Positions 57,861 through 64,000 of a stretch of 64,000 nt of DNA are shown piece by piece. Both the position numbers and the translations under genes were made by a program. The notes under the pieces are model-generated. The model was not told the DNA's origin, did no database searches, and saw nothing but the letters and a program-made list of their open reading frames with translations. Every line of letters begins with the position of its first letter. Positions within the stretch are counted from its first letter, which is position 1. The stretch lies in IMG/VR virus record IMGVR_UViG_3300034374_012765; one strand, given 5' to 3'. Origin of the DNA: an uncultured virus (IMG/VR IMGVR_UViG_3300034374_012765). Its lineage: Duplodnaviria > Heunggongvirae > Uroviricota > Caudoviricetes.

Positions 57861-58170
57861 ATTTATCTCCCGGTTTAGAGGGTGTCTTAACTATAAAAAC
57901 CTCGCAATCCTCGAGGAAAACTGGATTAGCTATCTCATATCTCCGTATGACAAAAACGTCACCAGATTCGAGGACTCTATCCTGTATAATCATTCTACCC
58001 TTATGTAAGTAATTTATTTCGTCCGCTTCCTTATGGTAATGTGCTGTCCATTCCTCTCCCTTTTTATGTTCCTTAAAGCAGACCTCAAATTTATCGGTTT
58101 CATAAGATGAAGGTAAGAAATCACCAACAAACCAACCTCCCTTATATTCTTCTATTCTAGATACTTCCAT
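57850..58170 (-). CDS. cupin-fold protein
   Basis: GGWFVGDF, HYHKEADEIN and KTPS..GDKY motifs. Confidence 0.75.
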   Translation of the reverse strand: MEVSRIEEYKGGWFVGDFLPSSYETDKFEVCFKEHKKGEEWTAHYHKEADEINYLHKGRMIIQDRVLESGDVFVIRRYEIANPVFLEDCEVFIVKTPSKPGDKYEI

Positions 58171-58903
58171 ATCTTACTTTATTTTTGTATATCTCCAAAT
58201 CCTCCGGCGTCCCTATCGGGAAATGAAGGTTAAAAAAATATGGCAATATTTTCTTACCCCTTTTTATAAGATAGTTGTATGTTGGGGCAACATAAAACTC
58301 ATTGTTATATCGATCATTATTGTCGATCATCTCAAGGGCAGATTCAACAAAATCTGACCCCCTCTCCCAGTAATGTAGCCCGTTAGTGGCTATATTCGAA
58401 ATAACTATCTTTTCCTTGACATCACAAACTTCTCCATTAGGGTCAAGCTTGACATAGCTATTTTTTTTAGACGAGGAAAGGAAGCATCCTATAAATCCAT
58501 CACAATTGGTATTAGAAGCGAACTTGGCTAAAATACCCAGATTAAAATCCAGTATTACCTGGTCACAATTCGCTATAATAAGTGGATTTTTAGTGTTAAT
58601 AAGGTCTTTCGCAAGGAGTGCGGTACAAGCTGGGCCCTCAGTTAATGCTGGAGTAGAAACGACATCAAAAGAGATTCCAGTATCACCTATATGTTCCCTG
58701 AATTCATCGATAGAAATATGCTCCTCATTGATGACAAATATGAAGTGTGAAGACCCGTCTCTGAGGTTATCGATTACTGTCCTTATCATGGAATCATCTA
58801 TAACTTTGATGTAGGGTTTTATCTCACTGTATCCAGCATCAGAAAACCTTCTTCCCATTCCCCCCAGAGGTATCAATATGTTAATCTTCTTTGAGTCTCT
58901 CAT
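58157..58903 (-). CDS. sugar-nucleotidyltransferase-like (GT-A fold NTP transferase)
   Basis: LIPLGGMGRRF..GY..KP, TEGPACT, NCDQ, EK, EFYVAP and GTPEDL motifs. Confidence 0.8.
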   Translation of the reverse strand: MRDSKKINILIPLGGMGRRFSDAGYSEIKPYIKVIDDSMIRTVIDNLRDGSSHFIFVINEEHISIDEFREHIGDTGISFDVVSTPALTEGPACTALLAKDLINTKNPLIIANCDQVILDFNLGILAKFASNTNCDGFIGCFLSSSKKNSYVKLDPNGEVCDVKEKIVISNIATNGLHYWERGSDFVESALEMIDNNDRYNNEFYVAPTYNYLIKRGKKILPYFFNLHFPIGTPEDLEIYKNKVRYGSI

Positions 58904-59549
58904 CTAAAAACAGACATATCCAGGTGGCATCAATAATATCATCCAATGGCTTATTCACGTTCCCACTGGGGGTTATCCATTCACCCTTATTATCATTTAG
59001 TATATTAGTGAAATAGCTCAGGTTGGTTTCAACGATTTCGGTATTAATCAGTGCCTCATACAATTGATCCTTTTTGGCATTCCCCTTAATCGCAAATTTT
59101 TTAACAGAGGTTGGGGAGAAAACGAAAAAATTTGAGCTTCCTACGAAATCTACTATCTTTTTCCGGAGCAAGGCAGTTGCCATTGATATGTCTATAAGTG
59201 CATTGCCATTAGAAGCAAAGCTTAAGCCCTCTATAGCTATAAACACATCATCTCCAGGCTCAATGTGGTTCTTAACAGAGTCCCAGAATTTTTCCACCAG
59301 ATCCGAAAAATAATCAATTTTTATCCTCTCTCTTTCAGTGTATTCATCAGGCATTTTCTCCTTGCCCATGAACACAAGATCAAATTCATCAATATCCGAA
59401 AAGAAAGCAAATGGCTTATTTTTAGACTTTTTCAAGGATTCCTCAGATCTGTCACTCCTTGTAAGTGATCCCCATCTAAAATGATTATCTCTAAACGAAC
59501 AAAATGCTGGGGAATTCAATGAGAAATCTATTCCTATAAGGGTTCTCAA
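58881..59549 (-). CDS. RuvC-like Holliday junction resolvase
   Basis: GIDFS, IEG, PTSVKK..GNAKK and DDIIDA motifs. Confidence 0.75.
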   Translation of the reverse strand: MRTLIGIDFSLNSPAFCSFRDNHFRWGSLTRSDRSEESLKKSKNKPFAFFSDIDEFDLVFMGKEKMPDEYTERERIKIDYFSDLVEKFWDSVKNHIEPGDDVFIAIEGLSFASNGNALIDISMATALLRKKIVDFVGSSNFFVFSPTSVKKFAIKGNAKKDQLYEALINTEIVETNLSYFTNILNDNKGEWITPSGNVNKPLDDIIDATWICLFLDERLKED

Positions 59550-59587
59550 AATAGTTTTATTTAAAAGTTCACTCTATATATCACCAC

Positions 59588-59612
59588 AAAAAACCCCGGG
59601 ATTCCGGGGTTT
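59588..59612 (-). terminator. intrinsic terminator
   Basis: aaaaccccgg-gatt-ccggggtttt. Confidence 0.8.
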
Positions 59613-59635
59613 TAGATAATTAGGTTTTTTGGTGA

Positions 59636-60001
59636 TTAGACCTTTACTAATCTCTTAGTGACTAGTCCTGGGATCTCAATTTCTTTCTCCCCTTTACCAA
59701 CAGCTTGTTCTATCTTGCCTACTATTTCCTTATCTATGGAGCTTTCAAGCTCTGTAGGCTCCGTGATTTTTACCTTCAGATTTTCCCCCGACGGGTTTAA
59801 TTCAACAATCTGAACCCTGTTCCATTTTTTACCAAATGGATTTAGATAATTCCCGGGATTAAAATTAGCCTCCAGCTGATACTCCTCACCATTCAAAACG
59901 ATGTTTCCCTTGCTGTTTTTCTTGACCTCCAGTTTCTCGTTGATCTGTATAGAGGAATTTCCTCGATCTTTAAAAGATTCGTAAGTTAAGAGGGATTCCA
60001 T
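59636..60001 (-). CDS. hypothetical protein with N-terminal YxxF tag
   Basis: MESLLTYESFK...INE. Confidence 0.65.
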   Translation of the reverse strand: MESLLTYESFKDRGNSSIQINEKLEVKKNSKGNIVLNGEEYQLEANFNPGNYLNPFGKKWNRVQIVELNPSGENLKVKITEPTELESSIDKEIVGKIEQAVGKGEKEIEIPGLVTKRLVKV

Positions 60002-60003
60002 AA

Positions 60004-60252
60004 TTAATCTAGAGATGGTTTTACCACGTTGCCCTTCTTGCCCGTGTAGTTATAAACATTAACAAGCTTGTCGTAGCATTTTTTCATCTGGTCGTCACTT
60101 AAGCAATCCACCAGGTCGTTCAATACCCTTTGATCGTTACCTGAAGCAGCTACTAATAGATCCTTCATATGCTGTTTTAGGTCATCCTCCCCATACATGG
60201 GCTGACCATATTTCATTTCATTTAACTGAGTTAGTTCAGAGAATTTTTTCAT
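60004..60252 (-). CDS. hypothetical protein
   Basis: MKKFSELTQLNE; GATATATA upstream. Confidence 0.65.
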   Translation of the reverse strand: MKKFSELTQLNEMKYGQPMYGEDDLKQHMKDLLVAASGNDQRVLNDLVDCLSDDQMKKCYDKLVNVYNYTGKKGNVVKPSLD

Positions 60253-60281
60253 TTTCTTTGCTTTTTTCTGTTTTATATATC

Positions 60282-60842
60282 TTACTTCTCCCTACCAATT
60301 TCTAGAGATATGTCCAAATAATTACATTTAAACCCTACAGAGAATGTATAAACCGAGGGAGCATTCTGGGTATAATTGAGATTTAGATTATTCATCGAAG
60401 TCAATGTCACCTCCTTAAAGGTAACAGTGGTAACTATATTCCCGTCATTGTCCAATATTCTTAGCGGGAGATTCTGAATGAAAACTTGTGGATTTTTAAA
60501 GTTTAACTTGTCCAGTACAGTTTCCAACATAATGAAGTAGTTTATGAAACCCTCGGATATACGGAAAGAAACATCAAATTCCCTGCTGAATAGATCCTGA
60601 ACAGGTGTTGCACTCTGGTAGTTTATCCTTTTGCCAAGATTCCTCGTCTGCTCCACCAGGTCCATCTGTAATCCTGGAAATCCTACCGACTGTATAGAAC
60701 TATTCATGAACGAGGTTATTGTATCGTAGGGGGTAGGCTGCCTCTTGATATAATCAAGATACTTCTCTTGGACAACATCTGGGAAAAATCCTCTAGGAAA
60801 AACAAAATAAAAGCTATTAGCCCTTGCGTTTAACATGCTCAT
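60282..60842 (-). CDS. putative tail-tube-fold structural protein
   Basis: 186 aa; IQSVGFPG...FDVSF...FSVGF pattern reminiscent of gp19/gp3-type proteins; weak. Confidence 0.4.
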   Translation of the reverse strand: MSMLNARANSFYFVFPRGFFPDVVQEKYLDYIKRQPTPYDTITSFMNSSIQSVGFPGLQMDLVEQTRNLGKRINYQSATPVQDLFSREFDVSFRISEGFINYFIMLETVLDKLNFKNPQVFIQNLPLRILDNDGNIVTTVTFKEVTLTSMNNLNLNYTQNAPSVYTFSVGFKCNYLDISLEIGREK

Positions 60843-61350
60843 AATTTATCTTTATATGGTTTATTTTATAGTTATTCTGCTCGGATTTAGCTATAGCTTT
60901 ACTTGTATCAAAATTAGAGTACAGGTAAAGCCCAGGAATTAATTCCTTACAGTCTCCTTCTACTATATATTCAGTCCTGTTATCTCGATCAAAGAACTCG
61001 ACTTTTCTATAATTCAATATCTTCGTATTTCTGGCAGCATATGATTTAGGGTCTTCCCTCCATATAATGTCAACCAAGATACCTCTATCCATTCCCATAG
61101 AAACCCCGGAATCCAGAAGCTTCTTTAATTCGGTGTATCTGAACATATTACCTGAGAGCACGACATCTATGTCGGTGGTACTTATCTCGGTTCCTAGAAA
61201 GTAATTAGAGCAAAATGCACCACAAAGGTACAAGTCGACAGTAGGTGTTCCGTTATGATCCAGCCAGGAGGAAATCCAGTCATCGAAAAGATCCCTAGTC
61301 GGTTTCTTAAAAATTCCATCGTATGTAAAATTTCCTCTACTGTATTCCAA
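60817..61350 (-). CDS. hypothetical protein, possible nucleotidyltransferase fold
   Basis: YLCGAF...TTDIDVVL...VDI. Confidence 0.5.
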   Translation of the reverse strand: MEYSRGNFTYDGIFKKPTRDLFDDWISSWLDHNGTPTVDLYLCGAFCSNYFLGTEISTTDIDVVLSGNMFRYTELKKLLDSGVSMGMDRGILVDIIWREDPKSYAARNTKILNYRKVEFFDRDNRTEYIVEGDCKELIPGLYLYSNFDTSKAIAKSEQNNYKINHIKINYEHVKRKG

Positions 61351-61362
61351 TATTAACTAGAA

Positions 61363-63819
61363 TTAGCTTCTTCCGCCCGGATCTGGATCGATAATCACAT
61401 CCTTTGGGTTAGGCAGTGAAGACCCGTTATCACTCCCCGATTGATTCGCAGTACCCCCATTGGAACTAGCAGATCCACCAGTGGTTCTGCCTGCACCGGT
61501 GTTGCCATAAGCAAACACTAAGGACATATCTCCACTTCCGAATATACCCTGAACCGCCTGTATGAACAACTCTTTTGTAATTCCAACATAGAGCTTATAC
61601 CCAGTAGAACTAGGATCCAGGAAGTAAGAAATTATCTCAGGCGTAGACCACCCAGTAGCTACCTTTCCTTGTACGTCGGAGGAGATGGCAGATTTCAGCT
61701 GGGCTTGACTTAGTTTTTGCTGACTACTGTTGCTTCCACCCTTGCTAACCTTTCCATTACCACTCGTTCCCAAGTTTCCGCTCTGAATACCCGAGACCTG
61801 CCAGGAACTTTTTCCAGGCTTGTTCGGTGGAGCTTTAAATACAGGAGAAGTCGGGAGAACCTTAACGTCAGCTTCTACTTTGGCCTGTACCGGAATTTGC
61901 TCATCATCTTTTAACCAGTTTCCCCAGTATAGAGTAGAGAAAGAATTACCCCCTATTTTAGCTGTATTTACTGCTCTGCTAGTATTGGAGTCTTTCTTGG
62001 AAGCAAGTATAATATTTCTAGAAGAATCTCTTAGACTAACAGCTCTCTTTGCTAATAGGGACTTAGTTTTATTAACCTTTGAAATCCCCCGGGTATCAGT
62101 ATTGTCCCCATCAGGATCTGGTGGTTTATTGGTGATATAGAACTTTCTGTTTGTAAACTGAAGTATCTGGTTAGATATGGACTCATCCACTTTAAAAGCT
62201 AATTCACCCTTAGAAGGTTTTGCTATATTGGCATCAGCAATAGAAGGGGCATATACCTTCTTATCCATATTATTTATGAATACCATATTGTAGGTACCAG
62301 AGGAGCTAAGATCTATCTCCTGTGTTGTACCATCTGGTCCCTTTCTAAAGAATGAAAACTTATAATAGTTATCAAAAGGACTGACCCTAATATATGCCTT
62401 CCCTATCCCGTAAGAAATAGAAGGGGCACTCGAATTGCTTCTCTCCGTAATATTAGTTCCATTAACATCTAGATTAGTCAATGATGTATTCACCAAATTT
62501 CTATCAACGAATACATTAGCAAACTTGGTAATTTCTCTAGGTGACATTTGATTAAAAGGAACGGATATATCTGTTTTTCCGGCTAGTTTATTGTATATCT
62601 TTTGCTGTTGCGGCAAAACTGAAAGTTGAAGCGGGGTAATTGTAGAACCATACTTACCCGGATCTGTCGATGTATATGTAGCTACCCTCATAATTCTGGT
62701 CTGATCCTTGCTATTTATAAGGGTCATAGTATATCTCAATGAGAAGCTTGTAGCCACATTGGAATATCTAACTATTGGTCTAAAAAGATTCGGAACGTCA
62801 TATGCAGATGTCTGGATGCTTGTAAAGTTAGAGGTTTCCAGCCAAGCAGCACCAACCTGCTCAAGAACCTCTATCCTATTTTCTATGTAATAGCTATTGC
62901 CTATTGAATTCTGAAACAGTATAAAATCCTCAATAAACCCGCCATCATCCGTACCAAAATATTCAAAGAAATCTCCGGTATCAGCTGGGGAGATATAGGC
63001 ACCTATGTTATTGAACGGATCAGTGGGTTCCAGAGATAATGCTGCCAAAAGCTGAGTCCCGTATGTTTCATATCCGCTAACTACGGAGGTATCTGTGATC
63101 GAATATGCATTTACCCTTAGAGGTTGGGCAGCTAAAAATCCTCTTCCGCTCTTAGAGGTTTTAGCAGCAAGCGTGAGAGGCTTGTTTGATGGACTAGCTG
63201 CGTTATACTTATTGATCATATCTGAGAGAGAAGGTATCTTCACCTCAAAATACTTATCATATATGTTAGCCCCTATGGTTAAAGGATTAGGGTTTAGTGT
63301 GTATTGCTGTGAATTACCCTTCGAAAGCTTTATCTGGGAAAAAGTCACATAAGAACCATCAACATCCGGGTACTTGACATTAAGGATTAGTCCGTCCAGA
63401 TTGTCCAGGTTATATCCGGCGAGTATATGATATCTCACGGAGTCATAAACAACATTAAGATTTGATGAGAACGATATAGGTAGGTTTGCCGTATCAGTCA
63501 GCTCAGATTTAAAATCATTGTAAGGTACTATCAGGTTCGGATTAAGGGTTACGAAGGTGGTAAGATTGGTCTGTACAACGCTATTATTAGAGGTATTCTG
63601 TGTTATTGATGCATTTTCATCCAGATTAAAAATCTGAACATCATTAGAAACCTGTCCATCGGAGTCCTTGAGAATCCCATTCACAAGTCTATTATAACCC
63701 ACTGTAGGACTACCGACATTGACAAAGTAATCCTCAGGATTTGGAGGACTTGCATACATATACTCCATAACCAGATATGGAGAGAGTTGTACGTATTTAG
63801 ATGTCGTTGTAAAAGCCAT
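61363..63819 (-). CDS. large putative virion structural protein
   Basis: 818 aa, S/T/N-rich beta-type composition; AATAAATA upstream. Confidence 0.6.
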   Translation of the reverse strand: MAFTTTSKYVQLSPYLVMEYMYASPPNPEDYFVNVGSPTVGYNRLVNGILKDSDGQVSNDVQIFNLDENASITQNTSNNSVVQTNLTTFVTLNPNLIVPYNDFKSELTDTANLPISFSSNLNVVYDSVRYHILAGYNLDNLDGLILNVKYPDVDGSYVTFSQIKLSKGNSQQYTLNPNPLTIGANIYDKYFEVKIPSLSDMINKYNAASPSNKPLTLAAKTSKSGRGFLAAQPLRVNAYSITDTSVVSGYETYGTQLLAALSLEPTDPFNNIGAYISPADTGDFFEYFGTDDGGFIEDFILFQNSIGNSYYIENRIEVLEQVGAAWLETSNFTSIQTSAYDVPNLFRPIVRYSNVATSFSLRYTMTLINSKDQTRIMRVATYTSTDPGKYGSTITPLQLSVLPQQQKIYNKLAGKTDISVPFNQMSPREITKFANVFVDRNLVNTSLTNLDVNGTNITERSNSSAPSISYGIGKAYIRVSPFDNYYKFSFFRKGPDGTTQEIDLSSSGTYNMVFINNMDKKVYAPSIADANIAKPSKGELAFKVDESISNQILQFTNRKFYITNKPPDPDGDNTDTRGISKVNKTKSLLAKRAVSLRDSSRNIILASKKDSNTSRAVNTAKIGGNSFSTLYWGNWLKDDEQIPVQAKVEADVKVLPTSPVFKAPPNKPGKSSWQVSGIQSGNLGTSGNGKVSKGGSNSSQQKLSQAQLKSAISSDVQGKVATGWSTPEIISYFLDPSSTGYKLYVGITKELFIQAVQGIFGSGDMSLVFAYGNTGAGRTTGGSASSNGGTANQSGSDNGSSLPNPKDVIIDPDPGGRS

Positions 63820-63831
63820 TCTATCTATTTA

Positions 63832-64000
63832 TTATTTTCCAAATTGGAGCCATTTGGGAGAATAACTTAGTCCAATTCCTACGAAAGGTCCAACCGTATA
63901 TCCACCGTTATTTAAGCCAATCCCGTAACCCGCTGATATTCCAACACCAAAAGGTTTCCTTGCAGATTTTAAAGCCCTCCTGGTCTCAGGATCGTCTATC
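63832..64000 (-). CDS. 3' end of a gene (Gly/aromatic amphipathic beta-hairpin C-terminus, spanin-like)
   Basis: Manual translation ...FGVGISAGYGIG...VGPFVGIGLSYSPKWLQFGK*. Confidence 0.5.
   Translation of the reverse strand, partial: IDDPETRRALKSARKPFGVGISAGYGIGLNNGGYTVGPFVGIGLSYSPKWLQFGK

Noticed and set aside
781..63352. Many short plus-strand ORFs antisense to long minus-strand genes
   Set aside because: Shadow ORFs with Ser/Ile/Phe-rich antisense composition and no motifs.
1..64000. Cellular chromosome or giant eukaryotic virus origin
   Set aside because: gp32-, UvsW-, gp61- and gp43-like genes, bacterial-type tRNAs, tmRNA, intrinsic terminators, an amidase and a holin-like gene point to a large bacteriophage.

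Overview
This window is a gene-dense, mostly minus-strand segment of a large T4-related (jumbo/huge) tailed-phage genome using the standard code. The host is probably Bacteroidota, based on a T9SS-type C-terminal domain, a GEN-starting tmRNA tag, Hc1-like and DUF4494-like genes, and AT-rich translation starts. Replication and recombination genes include a family-B DNA polymerase split into two genes about 19 kb apart, a putative sliding clamp, primase, gp32-like SSB, UvsW, UvsY-like, a RuvC-like resolvase and two topoisomerase II subunits. Other groups are nucleotide metabolism (nrdA, nrdB, dUTPase-like, adk, thioredoxin), proteostasis (tmRNA, ClpP, DnaJ, Hsp20), repair (UvsE, MBD4-like glycosylase), a tRNA cluster, and many glycan-modifying enzymes including a RuBisCO-like-protein cassette. 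The most notable unexplained signals are: (i) three short non-tRNA elements with a 7-bp closing stem and a fixed CAGCAA motif, two directly downstream of a DUF2828 (TROVE/Ro60-like plus vWA) operon and one inside the tRNA array, suggesting a phage RNA-protein system; (ii) two aberrant tRNA-like genes; (iii) a T4 capsid-targeting-like N-terminal motif on about 13 proteins, including enzymes; (iv) two recurrent promoter classes. All calls come from reading motifs by eye; no database searches were run.
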